Origin: Poseidonia sp.
GTDB taxonomy: Archaea > Thermoplasmatota > Poseidoniia > Poseidoniales > Poseidoniaceae
Assembly (NCBI GenBank): GCA_049627345.1
Contig: JBMZXF010000004.1
Coordinates: forward strand, 17,957 to 81,956
DNA: 64,000 nt
Reading direction: 5' to 3'
Shown here: piece after piece, positions 49,965 to 60,604 of the stretch
Layout of the letters: the number at the start of each line of letters is the position of its first letter
How positions within the stretch are numbered: position 1 is the first letter of the stretch
Translations under genes and position numbers: made by a program
Notes under the pieces: model-generated
What the model was told of the DNA's origin: nothing
The model's input: only the letters and a program-made list of their open reading frames with translations
Database searches by the model: none

Positions 49965-51587
49965 TCACTGGCGCCCCCACGCCTTGATGCGTTTGACCAG
50001 GGCCACCGTCTGTTCGAGGGTGTATTTGTTGCTGGATTCAACGGCGAATTTCGCCAGCACCGGGTCGTTGATCATCGAAACCAGTTCGTTGGCCTTCATC
50101 GCTTGGAATTCTTCTCGGTTCAGCCCGTTTTGGTTGCGAACCTTGGACAAGAACACCTGTCGAATCTTCTCAACTTTGGAGTAGTAGGCGTACCGATTGG
50201 CGTCGCCAAAGCCGTAGTAGATGATGCTGAACACGTGGCGCCACGGTTCGGGATCTCGCTTCTTGATGAGCACCGCCTCGAACGTGATAAACAGAATCAG
50301 GAACAACAGCAGCATGGCCAGACCTTCACCGGTGAAATAGACCAGGAGAAAGTAGACGGTGTTGTAGGAGTCAGCCGCCAGTGCACTTTGGGGGTGGCGA
50401 CTCTCGTCAAAGATGACCATGGCGTTCTCGGCCGGCTCACCGACTTCGTCAATGCGTTCGCTCATGAGGGCTTCTGCGATGAAATCGAGGGCCCACTTTC
50501 GGTTGTCGTTGGCGGGCATCAGGGTGTCGGTGGGGCCGTACTTTCCTTCGTTGAACCCTTCGTAATCGTACATCGCGTTGATGAGGGCAGAACCGTCAGC
50601 GACGAACACGATGCGTCCACCGTCGGACGGTGAGCAACTGGCACGAGCGCAGGCTTCGATGCTGAGGTTGAACTGGCCCCAACGGTCGGGCGTTTCGGGT
50701 GTGATCTCGTTGCCCACCCAAATCTCGCCGTCGCCGTTCACATCGACCGTGGCTTCGTTGCTGGTCAGCGCCCGAACGGCCACCTCGGTAAGCGGGCCAC
50801 GAACCCCAGGAATGACTTCGAGTCCAGTGATGTTGTTGAGCAACACCTGGTAGGTGCCGTTGTAGTCCACGCGACCGTTGGTCATGTGTTGGGCACACAG
50901 CGGAGCCTCGCCCACGACAAAGGTCTGCTCGTCAAGTTTTGAGCAGGGATGTTCGCCCGGCCCCCCGACATCGGCCCAGCGGTCGTGGGTGGAGAGCGTG
51001 GAAGGGTCAAGCTGCGTGCCGTTCATGCCGCAGGGGTTGCTTTGCACGCACATCCAAACGTAGTTGAAATCCAGTTCCGTGGCGTAGGTCGTGTCGAACA
51101 CCTGCTCGCCCGTGAAGCGAATACCAAACGCCTCAGCGATGGTGTTGGCGTAGCCGTAATCCTCGAACACCATCGCTGTGCCACCGGCTTCGACAAACTC
51201 GACGATCGCATTGATCTCTGAAGGAGAATAGCCGTTGCCCGAGGCGATCGTGATGAAGCCGTCATCATCGAATTGAGGCAGTGAAAGGGTGTCTCGCTCA
51301 ACACCGGCCAGGACGTAGGTGGTGTTGCGGGGGTCCTCAATGTCGGCCAGCAGCAGCGGACTGCTCACCAAGGAGCGGGTTTCAATGCCCATGGATTTGA
51401 TGTCAGCACGGAAGGCTGACATGTCGTCCCAGTCGTCGTCGTAGGCCGATAACTGGTCGGTGGCGCTGAGGTTGATGAAGTTCAGAAGAATGGTCATCAA
51501 CAAAATGAGCATGACCGCCCAAAACGACGCCTGAAGGGCAAGCCTTCGTGCGTTGAAGTTGGCAGGGAGACCGAGCATGCAAACCAC
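49965..51587 (-). CDS. Membrane-anchored protein with a large extracytoplasmic domain and a C-terminal TM helix (DUF4350-like, typical DUF58 partner)
   Basis: It is 540 aa with an N-terminal TM helix, a roughly 380-aa Asp/Gly/Thr-rich exported domain, a second TM helix and a cytoplasmic tail. It lies 11 bp upstream of the DUF58 gene. Confidence 0.45.
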   Translation of the reverse strand: MVCMLGLPANFNARRLALQASFWAVMLILLMTILLNFINLSATDQLSAYDDDWDDMSAFRADIKSMGIETRSLVSSPLLLADIEDPRNTTYVLAGVERDTLSLPQFDDDGFITIASGNGYSPSEINAIVEFVEAGGTAMVFEDYGYANTIAEAFGIRFTGEQVFDTTYATELDFNYVWMCVQSNPCGMNGTQLDPSTLSTHDRWADVGGPGEHPCSKLDEQTFVVGEAPLCAQHMTNGRVDYNGTYQVLLNNITGLEVIPGVRGPLTEVAVRALTSNEATVDVNGDGEIWVGNEITPETPDRWGQFNLSIEACARASCSPSDGGRIVFVADGSALINAMYDYEGFNEGKYGPTDTLMPANDNRKWALDFIAEALMSERIDEVGEPAENAMVIFDESRHPQSALAADSYNTVYFLLVYFTGEGLAMLLLFLILFITFEAVLIKKRDPEPWRHVFSIIYYGFGDANRYAYYSKVEKIRQVFLSKVRNQNGLNREEFQAMKANELVSMINDPVLAKFAVESSNKYTLEQTVALVKRIKAWGRQ

Positions 51588-51681
51588 GAGGGAAGGATTC
51601 CCAGCCTAAACACGCCCCCTACTGACTTTAGAAGGTTGTCCACACGGGTGGAGAAAATGCTCACGCGTGCTTCGTTTCGCC

Positions 51682-51921
51682 TCATACATTGAGGTGAATG
51701 TTTTCAGCAATCCGAGCCACGGCCGACCCTGGAATGTGAACGGTAGCGCCGGTGTTCTCAAACGGCAACGCAGCAGCATCCACGGTTGGTTCAACTTGGA
51801 CGAGAAGTTCACTGATGACGCCCGTGTTCAAGTCGAAACTGAGGTCCACGAGCGACCCCAAGACGGCCCCGGTACGGTCCACCACGTTGTTTCCGATGAT
51901 TTCACGACCGAAAATCGCCAT
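51682..51921 (-). CDS. PRC-barrel domain protein
   Basis: It is 79 aa. The sequence REIIGNNVVDRTGAVLGSLVDLSFDLNTGVISELLV fits the PRC-barrel pattern. Confidence 0.6.
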   Translation of the reverse strand: MAIFGREIIGNNVVDRTGAVLGSLVDLSFDLNTGVISELLVQVEPTVDAAALPFENTGATVHIPGSAVARIAENIHLNV

Positions 51922-51985
51922 CTGTATCGGCCTCCTGTGCCGTGGGTCCGGACTGGAATCCCATCAATGCGTCGGTGTTCAACCC

Positions 51986-54214
51986 TCACATCGTTTCGAT
52001 GCCACGACTGAAGTCTCGGTTTCGCTTGATGTTGGTCAAGCCCGAGGTCAAGCGGGTTTCCATCTTCTGGTAGTACTCGAGCATGTCAGGGGTCACGGTC
52101 GGTCGGACACGAGAAATCGCTTCTTCGAAGTGGCCCTTGGTGACCTTCTTCTTGCCGGCACGCATGCAGATCAGCGCTGCTTCGCGGCACACCGCTTCGA
52201 TGTCTGCACCGGTGAAGCCGTCCATGCCCGTCAGGATGTCCTTGAACGAGAACTTGGACAGTGGCATGCCTTCGCTGTGGATGCGGAAGATGGATTCACG
52301 GGCCCCTGCGTCGGGCGGTGGCACATGGAGCACGCGCTCGAAGCGACCACTGCGCAACAAAGCGGGGTCGATCATCTCCGGACGGTTGGTTGCGGCGACG
52401 ATGATGACGCCGTCGAGGGATTCAACGCCGTCCATGCTGGCCAGCAGTTGGTTGACCACGCGGTTGCCGACATCGCTGCCTTCCGATGCGCTGCCACCGC
52501 TTCGCATCGAAGCGATGGACTCAAACTCATCAAGGAAGATGATGGACGGCGCTGACTGCTTGGCCTTCTTGAAAATCTCACGTATGGCACGCTCGGATTC
52601 GCCCACCCACTTGGAGATGAGTTCTGGCCCCTTGATGCTGATGAAGTTCGCTTGAGCTTCGTTGGCGATGGCCTTGGCCAGCAGGGTCTTTCCGGTACCC
52701 GGCGCCCCGAACAGGACGATGCCTCGAGGAGGTTTGATGCCAAAGTGCTCGAACAGTTCAGGCTTGGTCAACGGCCATTCCACGGATTCCTTCAGACGGT
52801 CCTTGACCTCCAGCAGGCCACCGACGGCGTCCCAGCCAACTTCGGGAACTTCGACGTAAATTTCACGCAGGGCGGACGGCTCGATGTCCCGGATGGCCTC
52901 CTTGAAGTCGTCCATGCAGACCTCCATCTTCTCGAGCACCTCGGGCGGGAGCGTCTCCTCGTCGAGGTCGATTTCGGGCAGGTACCTTCGCAACGCACGC
53001 ATGGCAGCCTCGCGAACAAGGGCAGCAAGGTCAGCACCGACAAAGCCGTAGGTGTTGTCGAGGACCCAGCCCACGTCGAAGTCGTCGGCGATGGGCATCT
53101 GGCGGGTGTGAACATCCATGATTTCACTTCGGCCCTCTCGGTCGGGCACGCCGATCTCGATTTCTCGGTCAAAGCGGCCCGGGCGTCGCAGGGCTGGGTC
53201 GAGTGCATCGCGTCGGTTGGTAGCGCCGATGACCACCACGTTGTCCCGGCCCTGCATGCCGTCCATGAGGGTCAGCATCTGAGCGACCACACGTCGCTCG
53301 ACCTCACCCGTGACGTCTTCCCGCTTGGGGCAGATGGAATCAATTTCGTCAATGAAAACGATGGCAGGGGCGTTGTCGGCGGCCTCGTCGAAAATCTCAC
53401 GGAGTTGTTTTTCGGATTCGCCGTAGTACTTCGAGATGATTTCTGGCCCGTTGATGCTCTTGAAGTGGGCGTTGACTTCGGTGGCCACCGCTTTGGCGAT
53501 CATGGTTTTCCCCGTACCGGGCGGCCCGTGAAGGAGGACACCCTTGGGCGGGTCGATGCCCAAGCGTCGGAACAATTCGGGGTGCTTGAGCGGCAGCTCA
53601 ATCATCTCACGCACCTTCTGAAGTTGCTGACCGATACCACCGACGTCTTCGTAGGTGATGCCCTCGGATTGCCCAACGTCTTCTTCGGCAACGGCTTCGT
53701 CTTTGATGACGATCTCGGTGTCGGTGGTCACCATGACGATGCCTTTGGGCACGGTTTGGACCACGGCGAAGGGCAAGGCCTCAGCGAAGAGGGTCATACC
53801 GGGAATGAAGATGCGGTCGCCGGCCACGACCGGGCGCTTGGCAAGGCCCCGCTTAGCGAACCCTTCAATGCCGGGTCCGAACTTGACCTTCTGCTTGTTC
53901 GCCATCACGGGCGAGATGGTGAGTTTCGTGCAGGTCTTGGCTTCCACCTTGCGAACAGTGACACGGTCGCCGAGGCTGACACCGGCGTTCTTGCGGATGA
54001 TGCCGTCCATGCGTATGATGTCCATCTTAGCATCTTCGGGTCGGCTTCGCCAGTAAATGGCGGCCGTGGAGCGCTCTTCACCGCTGATTTCAACGAAGTC
54101 GCCGGGTTTGAGGTCGAGCCCCATCTCAGAGGAGATGCGTGCCCTTCCGAACCCGACGTCGGAGGGGATGGCTTTGGATACGCGCAATTCGATGGTGTCG
54201 TTCTTGTCTGCCAT
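51986..54214 (-). CDS. cdc48: AAA+ ATPase CDC48/VAT (two AAA domains)
   Basis: It has a double-psi barrel N-domain. Two Walker A motifs GPPGTGKT and GAPGTGKT are present, and both domains carry second-region-of-homology motifs. Confidence 0.95.
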   Translation of the reverse strand: MADKNDTIELRVSKAIPSDVGFGRARISSEMGLDLKPGDFVEISGEERSTAAIYWRSRPEDAKMDIIRMDGIIRKNAGVSLGDRVTVRKVEAKTCTKLTISPVMANKQKVKFGPGIEGFAKRGLAKRPVVAGDRIFIPGMTLFAEALPFAVVQTVPKGIVMVTTDTEIVIKDEAVAEEDVGQSEGITYEDVGGIGQQLQKVREMIELPLKHPELFRRLGIDPPKGVLLHGPPGTGKTMIAKAVATEVNAHFKSINGPEIISKYYGESEKQLREIFDEAADNAPAIVFIDEIDSICPKREDVTGEVERRVVAQMLTLMDGMQGRDNVVVIGATNRRDALDPALRRPGRFDREIEIGVPDREGRSEIMDVHTRQMPIADDFDVGWVLDNTYGFVGADLAALVREAAMRALRRYLPEIDLDEETLPPEVLEKMEVCMDDFKEAIRDIEPSALREIYVEVPEVGWDAVGGLLEVKDRLKESVEWPLTKPELFEHFGIKPPRGIVLFGAPGTGKTLLAKAIANEAQANFISIKGPELISKWVGESERAIREIFKKAKQSAPSIIFLDEFESIASMRSGGSASEGSDVGNRVVNQLLASMDGVESLDGVIIVAATNRPEMIDPALLRSGRFERVLHVPPPDAGARESIFRIHSEGMPLSKFSFKDILTGMDGFTGADIEAVCREAALICMRAGKKKVTKGHFEEAISRVRPTVTPDMLEYYQKMETRLTSGLTNIKRNRDFSRGIETM

Positions 54215-54247
54215 GGTACTCCCTCTTCGCGAATCAACATTTCACGG

Positions 54248-54255
54248 TATATAAT
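54248..54255 (-). promoter_or_regulatory. TATA box (tatataat) about 34 nt upstream of the cdc48 start
   Basis: It is an AT-rich octamer in GC-rich DNA, at the correct distance for an archaeal promoter. Confidence 0.4.
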
Positions 54256-54307
54256 GAAATTCAAGCGGGCCTTTCGCCGCTTGGTGTAATGATGTCCCGA
54301 AGGGCCA

Positions 54308-54315
54308 CTATAAAC
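54308..54315 (+). promoter_or_regulatory. TATA-like box (ctataaac) about 35 nt upstream of the aldehyde dehydrogenase start
   Basis: It is an AT-rich element in a divergent promoter region shared with cdc48. Confidence 0.35.
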
Positions 54316-54348
54316 CCGAGCCCGTGGGTCTTTGTACCTCGAACACCG

Positions 54349-56031
54349 ATGCCTGAGAACCACGCCATCACATTCAAGAGACGGGTCAAATTGGCACGAA
54401 GCATGGTTCACGTTCTTGAAACCGGCTTGGAATACATGGAAATCGATAACCCCACGGGCAAGCCTGCGGTCCGGGGCTACAACATCATCAACGGGCAACT
54501 CACCTCGGCCAGCGACGCCTCGACCTTCACCTCAACCAACCCCGCTCACCTCGCTGATTGCCTCGGTGAATTTCCGCTCTCGACCCGAGACGACGTTCAC
54601 GACGCCCTCCACGCAGCTCACGCTGCGTTCCCCGCATGGGCTGCCACGCCGGCGCCCACCCGTGGCCAAATCATCGGCAACATGGGCCGACTGTTGATGG
54701 AGCACAAGGACGCACTGGTCGCCCTCGAAACCCGTGAGATCGGCAAGACCCTCAAGGAATCGGGTGGTGAAATCCAGGAAGCCATCGACACCTGTCTGTT
54801 CTTCCAGTCCGAAGGCCGACGGCTCTACGGCCAGACCGTGAATTCTGAACTCCCCGACAAAGAGCTGTTCACCTACCGCCGTCCACTCGGTGTCTGCGGC
54901 ATCATCAACGCCTGCAACTTCCCATCTGCCGTGCCCTTCTGGAAGATGATCCCCGCCATCATGTGCGGCAACACCTGCGTGTGGAAGTCACCACAAGACG
55001 CCCCGTTGCTCTCGTTCGCCCTGGCCCGCATCATGCACGAAGCCGGCTTGCCCGACGGTGTGATCAACCTCGTTCACGGCAAAGGCAGCGGTGCTGGCCA
55101 GTACCTCGTCGACGCCGTCGATGAGGGGCTCGTGAACAAAATCTCCTTCACCGGTTCCACCGGCGTGGGCAAGATGATCGGCGAAGTCTGCGGCCGCAAC
55201 CTCGTCTCCTGCTCGCTGGAATTGGGCGGGAAGAACCCGCTTGTCGTGATGCCTTCGGCCGACTTGAACAACGCCGTCGAAGGCGCCTACTGGGGTGCCT
55301 TCGGTACCGCCGGTCAGCGCTGCACGAGCCTGGGCAACCTCATCATCCACGAGTCCATCTACGATGAGTTCATGGAGAAGTTCATGGCCAAGGTCAAGTC
55401 GACCCGCATCGGTAACTCGCTGGTGCACAAGGACGTCCTTTACGGCCCCATGCTGTCTGAAAAGTACGGCAAGGATTTCCTCGCCGGCATCGACATGGCC
55501 AAGGCCAGCGGTGCGACCCAGATCTGGGGCAACGGAACCATCACCGCCGACAACGCCCCCGAGAACTTCCTCGGCGATGCCAGTGAAGGCGTGTTCATGT
55601 GGCCCCACGTCTTTGTTGACGTAACCGAGGACATGGCGTGCTTCCACGAGGAGATTTTCGGACCCGTCGTCACCGTGGTGAAGGCGAAGGATTTCGACCA
55701 CGCACTCCACCTTGCCAACGCCAGCCCCTACGGTTTGTCCTCCGCCATCTACACCAACGACCGTCTCGAAGCCTACCGCTACAAGACCGGCATCAAGGCC
55801 GGCATGACGGGCATCAACAACTCCACCACGGGCGCCGAAGCCCACCTGCCGTTCGGTGGCGTCAAGGGCTCTGGAAACGGCACCCGAGAATCGGGCATCT
55901 GGGTCATCGAGGCCTACTCCTACTGGCACGCCGTGAACGACGAACTTTCGGGCAAACTCCAACTCGCTCAAATGGACGTCGACGAGATCGAAATGGTCGA
56001 GGCGGAAGTCAATTGGTCGGAATTGGCCTGA
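54349..56031 (+). CDS. NAD(P)-dependent aldehyde dehydrogenase
   Basis: It has an ELGGKNP motif, a catalytic Cys in GTAGQRCTSLG and a GSTGVG cofactor motif. The ORF-track start at 54139 is an Arg/Trp-rich extension, so the real start is the Met at 54349. Confidence 0.85.
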   Translation: MPENHAITFKRRVKLARSMVHVLETGLEYMEIDNPTGKPAVRGYNIINGQLTSASDASTFTSTNPAHLADCLGEFPLSTRDDVHDALHAAHAAFPAWAATPAPTRGQIIGNMGRLLMEHKDALVALETREIGKTLKESGGEIQEAIDTCLFFQSEGRRLYGQTVNSELPDKELFTYRRPLGVCGIINACNFPSAVPFWKMIPAIMCGNTCVWKSPQDAPLLSFALARIMHEAGLPDGVINLVHGKGSGAGQYLVDAVDEGLVNKISFTGSTGVGKMIGEVCGRNLVSCSLELGGKNPLVVMPSADLNNAVEGAYWGAFGTAGQRCTSLGNLIIHESIYDEFMEKFMAKVKSTRIGNSLVHKDVLYGPMLSEKYGKDFLAGIDMAKASGATQIWGNGTITADNAPENFLGDASEGVFMWPHVFVDVTEDMACFHEEIFGPVVTVVKAKDFDHALHLANASPYGLSSAIYTNDRLEAYRYKTGIKAGMTGINNSTTGAEAHLPFGGVKGSGNGTRESGIWVIEAYSYWHAVNDELSGKLQLAQMDVDEIEMVEAEVNWSELA

Positions 56032-56098
56032 GAATCTTTCAAAAACGGCCTGCGGCTCAATGGTGAACCTCAAAGACCCTGCCCTGCTGGGATAGGTC

Positions 56099-56113
56099 GT
56101 TCCCGTAGGGAAC
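56099..56113 (+). other. Hairpin GTTCCC-GTA-GGGAAC, followed by AGGGGGA, 14 nt upstream of the sdhC ATG
   Basis: It has the same CCCGTAGGG core and G-run as the element upstream of thrS. Confidence 0.45.
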
Positions 56114-56126
56114 AGGGGGATTTTGA

Positions 56127-56966
56127 ATGGGTGAAGGGATTAAACTCCCAGTCCTGAACGGGCTCGGGCGTACCAACCGTATCGACAACTGGTGGAGCCA
56201 ACCGATGGCCATGGGCATCGGGCTCACCGCTGCACTGGTCTACACCTTCTGGCGCCTCTTCCTCTACGGGACCGAAGCGGCCAACGGGGCCTCGCTCATC
56301 TCTTACGAACTTCACGGCAGCACCGTGATCTCACCCATTTTCTCGCCCAACGTGCTCGAGTGGAACCTGTTCGGGCTCAACGAGTGGAACCACCCCGAGT
56401 GGGTCAACGCCGCCATCCTCGTGCTGTGGATTCCGTTCGGTTTCCGAGGCACCTGCTACTACATGCGCCGCGTCTACTACCGCACCTTCTTCGCCAGCCC
56501 CGTGGCGTGTTGGGTTGACGAACCCGACATCAACAAGGCCATCGGCTACAAAGGCGAGAAGCGCTTGTTCATCTTCAACAACCTTCACCGCTATTTCCTC
56601 TATGCGGCCATGATCATTCTTGTCATCAAGTGGTGGGACGTCACCCACACCATGCACTTCCACTCCGCCACCCACGACGGCTACGGCGTGTCGATTGGCA
56701 CCTTCGTGATGGCGATTGAAGCCTTCTTGCTCACGATGTACGTCACCTCCTGCCACGCCCTGCGCCACTTGGCCGGCGGCATGCTCGACCGATGGACCAC
56801 CGGCATCAGCCGAGTTCGTGGCGTTCTGTTTGGAAAGATCAGCGTGTTGAACCGCTCCCACGGGTTCTGGTTCTGGACATCCTTGGCCTTCGTGTTCCTC
56901 GGCGACCTCTGGGTCTTGGCGGTAGCAGAAGGACGTTTGAGCGACATGGTGCTCTTTGTTGTGTGA
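56127..56966 (+). CDS. sdhC: Putative succinate dehydrogenase membrane anchor / cytochrome b subunit (single large anchor)
   Basis: It is a 279-aa protein with five TM helices and several conserved His residues. It is the first gene of the sdhA-sdhB operon, with a 6 bp gap. Confidence 0.55.
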   Translation: MGEGIKLPVLNGLGRTNRIDNWWSQPMAMGIGLTAALVYTFWRLFLYGTEAANGASLISYELHGSTVISPIFSPNVLEWNLFGLNEWNHPEWVNAAILVLWIPFGFRGTCYYMRRVYYRTFFASPVACWVDEPDINKAIGYKGEKRLFIFNNLHRYFLYAAMIILVIKWWDVTHTMHFHSATHDGYGVSIGTFVMAIEAFLLTMYVTSCHALRHLAGGMLDRWTTGISRVRGVLFGKISVLNRSHGFWFWTSLAFVFLGDLWVLAVAEGRLSDMVLFVV

Positions 56967-56972
56967 GGTGAG

Positions 56973-58829
56973 ATGATGAGCGAGAAGATTACCGAACACG
57001 AATACGACGTCATTGTCATCGGTGCTGGCGGAGCCGGTCTCCGTGCCGCCATTGAGGCAGCCCGCAGCGGCGCAAAGACCGCCATCATCACGAAATCCCT
57101 GCTGGGCAAGGTCCACACGGTCATGGCCGAAGGTGGATGCGCAGCAGCCTTGCAGAACGCTGACCCACGAGACGGCTGGAAGGTGCACTTCCACGACACG
57201 ATGAAGGGCAGCAAGTGGCTCGCCAACTGGCGAATGGCCGAATTCCACGCCAAGGAAGCCCCCGACCGTGTTCGTGAACTCGAGCAGTGGGGCGCCGTGT
57301 TTGACCGCACGCCCAAGAACCTCATCAACCAGCGAAACTTCGGTGGCCACACCTTCCCCCGCCTCGCCCACGTTGGCGATGCCACGGGTCTCGAGATCAT
57401 TCGTACCCTCCAGGAGCGCGGCATCCACGAAGGGATTGACATCTTCATGGAATACACCGTTCGCACCCTGCTCAAGGAAGGCGACCGTGTCACCGGTTGC
57501 GTGGCCTACACCCGAGTTGACGGTGAATTCCACGCCTTCTCTGCCAAATCCGTGGTCCTCGCCACCGGCGGCATCACCCGCTGTTGGTCCGTGTGTTCGG
57601 GCTCATGGGAATACACCGGCGACGGGCACGCCCTTGCATTGTGGGCTGGGGCAGAACTCCGCGACATGGAGTTTGTCCAGTTCCACCCCACCGGCATGGT
57701 ATGGCCGCCCTCTGTTCGCGGCATCCTCGTAACCGAGGGTGTGCGTGGTGAAGGTGGACGCCTCACCAACAGCGAAGGCAGCCGCTTCATGTTTGACTAC
57801 GTTCCAGAAATGTTCGCTGGCGACCACGCCGACACCATCGAAGAAGCCGATCAGTGGGTCGAAGAAGTCGTCAGTGGCAAACTGGCGACCGTTCGCCGGC
57901 CACCTGAACTGCTGACCCGAGACGTTGTGGCCAAGGCCATCAACGAGGAGGTCAAAGCAGGCCGAGGTTCCCCTCACGGCGGTGCATTCCTCGATATTTC
58001 TCACCGCGGTGAGGAAGCCATCATGAAGAAGCTCCCCTCGATGCACCACCAGTTCAAGGAACTCGCTGGCGTCGACATCAGCAAGGAACCCATGGAAGTG
58101 GGTCCAACCGCTCACTACGTGATGGGTGGCGTCATCGTCGACGCTGAGTCTCAAGAAACGACCGTTCCCGGCCTCTTCGCCTGCGGCGAGGTGGCCTCGG
58201 GCCTTCACGGCGCCAACCGCCTCGGCGGCAACTCGCTCTCCGACCTCATCGTGTTCGGCAAGCGAGCCGGTGAGTTCGCAGCCAAGCGAGCCAAGGACTT
58301 GGCTCAGCCCTCCATCGACGAGGCTCAAGTGGGCAAGGCCATCGACGACATGTTGGCGCCGCTCCAGCGAGACGGCGGTGAAAACCCCGGCGCCATCTAC
58401 GACGAGATGCGCGACATGATGCAGGCCAAGGTCGGCATCATCCGAACCAAGAGCGAACTTGAGGAAGCCCTCGAGGACATCAAGGCGTTCAAGGCCCGCG
58501 CCCTGGCGTGTTCATCAGGCACCTCGCGAAAGTACAACTCCGGATGGCATCAAGCCCTTGACCTCATCAACATGGCCGACGTGTCCCACGCTGCGACGCT
58601 CGCTGCCATCACCCGCGAAGAAAGCCGAGGTGGCCACACCCGGGACGACTTCCCGACACCAGAAGACGACTACTGGGGCAAGACCCTGAACATCATCTGG
58701 ATGGAAGACGGTGAAATGAAGATTCGACAGGAACCCGTTGAGGAGATGCGCGACGACCTCAAGGATGCCCTCACCGAGGTGAAGGCGATGATCGCTGAGC
58801 GCGCAGCAGAAGCAGGAGGTGGAAACTGA
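56973..58829 (+). CDS. sdhA: Succinate dehydrogenase flavoprotein subunit
   Basis: It has an FAD-binding GAGGAGLRAA motif and HTVMAEGG, which is the covalent-FAD His region. Confidence 0.95.
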   Translation: MMSEKITEHEYDVIVIGAGGAGLRAAIEAARSGAKTAIITKSLLGKVHTVMAEGGCAAALQNADPRDGWKVHFHDTMKGSKWLANWRMAEFHAKEAPDRVRELEQWGAVFDRTPKNLINQRNFGGHTFPRLAHVGDATGLEIIRTLQERGIHEGIDIFMEYTVRTLLKEGDRVTGCVAYTRVDGEFHAFSAKSVVLATGGITRCWSVCSGSWEYTGDGHALALWAGAELRDMEFVQFHPTGMVWPPSVRGILVTEGVRGEGGRLTNSEGSRFMFDYVPEMFAGDHADTIEEADQWVEEVVSGKLATVRRPPELLTRDVVAKAINEEVKAGRGSPHGGAFLDISHRGEEAIMKKLPSMHHQFKELAGVDISKEPMEVGPTAHYVMGGVIVDAESQETTVPGLFACGEVASGLHGANRLGGNSLSDLIVFGKRAGEFAAKRAKDLAQPSIDEAQVGKAIDDMLAPLQRDGGENPGAIYDEMRDMMQAKVGIIRTKSELEEALEDIKAFKARALACSSGTSRKYNSGWHQALDLINMADVSHAATLAAITREESRGGHTRDDFPTPEDDYWGKTLNIIWMEDGEMKIRQEPVEEMRDDLKDALTEVKAMIAERAAEAGGGN

Positions 58830-59596
58830 TGTCCCTCAAAGGCACCAAACAATCGTTCAACATTCTACGAGGCGAAGGCGACGACGCCAAACTTCAGGCC
58901 TACGAACTCGAACTTGACGAGGGCATGGTCGTTCTTGACTGCCTGCACCGCATCCAGCACGACCAAGAGCCCGACATGGCGGTTCGATGGAACTGCAAAG
59001 CCGGCAAGTGCGGCTCGTGCTCGGCCGAGATCAACGGTCGTCCTCGTTTGATGTGCATGACCCGCATGAGCGACGTGGTCGCCGAAACCCCTGCTGGCCA
59101 ACCCATTGAAATTCGACCGATGAAGACCTTCCCGCACGTCAAGGACCTGGTGACCGATGTGAGTTGGAACTACGAGGTTGCCCAGCGCATCGCCCCCATC
59201 AACGGCCCCGAATCGATGGACTGGGAGTTCAACCAGATGGAAGCTGACCGTGTCCAGCATTTCCGTGAATGCATCGAGTGTTTCCTGTGCGTGAACACCT
59301 GCCACGTGCTGCGAGACCACGAACTGTTCGATGATTTCGCAGGCCCCCGCAACCTCGTTCGCTTGGCCCAGTACGAAATGCACCCGCTCGACACCGAAGA
59401 TCGCGTGCCCGAAATCAAGAAGGAATTTGGCGTCGAATACTGCAACATCACCCGATGTTGCACCGAAGTGTGTCCTGCCGGCATTCAGATCACCGACGAC
59501 GCCATCATTCAGCTCAAAGAACGCGTGGTGGACCGCTACTACGACCCGCTGCAGCGCATCTGGCGCACGTTGACGCGCCAGAAGGTTCGCTATTGA
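58829..59596 (+). CDS. sdhB: Succinate dehydrogenase iron-sulfur subunit
   Basis: It has a 2Fe-2S motif CKAGKCGSC and 4Fe-4S/3Fe-4S Cys clusters CIECFLCVNTC and CTEVCP. Its start overlaps the sdhA stop. Confidence 0.9.
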   Translation: MSLKGTKQSFNILRGEGDDAKLQAYELELDEGMVVLDCLHRIQHDQEPDMAVRWNCKAGKCGSCSAEINGRPRLMCMTRMSDVVAETPAGQPIEIRPMKTFPHVKDLVTDVSWNYEVAQRIAPINGPESMDWEFNQMEADRVQHFRECIECFLCVNTCHVLRDHELFDDFAGPRNLVRLAQYEMHPLDTEDRVPEIKKEFGVEYCNITRCCTEVCPAGIQITDDAIIQLKERVVDRYYDPLQRIWRTLTRQKVRY

Positions 59597-59627
59597 CCTT
59601 CCAGCGAGCATTGCGTTGGTCGTTGGT

Positions 59628-60515
59628 TCACCCACGAGCGATGAGCCAGTCTCGAATCCAAGATTCTCCGATGCCGTCGTAGTCCACGTTGGACGGTTGA
59701 AGGGGTCGCACGATCACCAAGATGTCCAACTGACCGCCCCACGACGCCTTTGCCACCATCGAGACCTCACCGACCTTCGTTCCTTGTGGGTCGGAGCCAA
59801 ACGCCGTGGTGTTGATGTCGTAGGCCCTGTGCACCACCGTTTCAACATCGCCAGCGTCCCAACTGCCAAGGATGATGTCAACGGTGGACGGCGCTGGCAC
59901 GGGTTGCAGCGTGATCTCCTCGGGGTTGAGGCGCACGAAGGGAACCTCCTCGTCGATCAGCTCAATCGCTTGGTGCAACCGACCGGTTTCCATGTTCATG
60001 AGGGACGCCAGGGTGAGCGCCACCGTTTCGGCACCCATCACACCGGGTTGATGCGGAAGGCGCATGCTCAGGGACTGCAGCACCACAACATCCGAGGTAA
60101 CCCACGTGTACTGCTGACCGGCAGGGTAGAGTGGCGCATGTGGATTTTCGGTGAACAGCGGTTGGCCCCAATCCTCCGGAGAAACGGGCTGCGAAACAGG
60201 GAGAAAACCGGTGGCCCCCATGCACAGCATCGCCACGCACAGAGCCAACAATCGAGGCGTTCGCTGGACCGACCATTCCTGACGACCGGCCGGACTGAGG
60301 AGGGTGAGTGTCAACAACAACGGGACCGCCAGCAGCGCGCCCGCAGGCACAAACCAGATGAGGACGGCGAAGGCCAGCGCCATACGAACACCGCCCACGC
60401 CGATGGCATCGGTCCAGTGGCCCTCTTCCCCGCTGCTGATTCGCCGGTGATGAAGGTACAGCGCAAGCCCACCTCCGACCAGCGGAGCCAAGGACTGGAT
60501 GACACCTTGCCACAT
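59628..60515 (-). CDS. Membrane-anchored hypothetical protein (N-terminal TM helices plus exported domain)
   Basis: The ORF-track version is 345 aa. I trimmed it to the Met at MWQGVIQ to avoid overlap with the divergent ABC gene. Confidence 0.45.
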   Translation of the reverse strand: MWQGVIQSLAPLVGGGLALYLHHRRISSGEEGHWTDAIGVGGVRMALAFAVLIWFVPAGALLAVPLLLTLTLLSPAGRQEWSVQRTPRLLALCVAMLCMGATGFLPVSQPVSPEDWGQPLFTENPHAPLYPAGQQYTWVTSDVVVLQSLSMRLPHQPGVMGAETVALTLASLMNMETGRLHQAIELIDEEVPFVRLNPEEITLQPVPAPSTVDIILGSWDAGDVETVVHRAYDINTTAFGSDPQGTKVGEVSMVAKASWGGQLDILVIVRPLQPSNVDYDGIGESWIRDWLIARG

Positions 60516-60604
60516 CGTCAATACCGCCCTGAGACTTCCACAAGCCCGCCATAGAGGTTCGCCTCTCGCCAAGGTTGATGCAAGGGTTTCCCGTGGGTTT
60601 GGCC

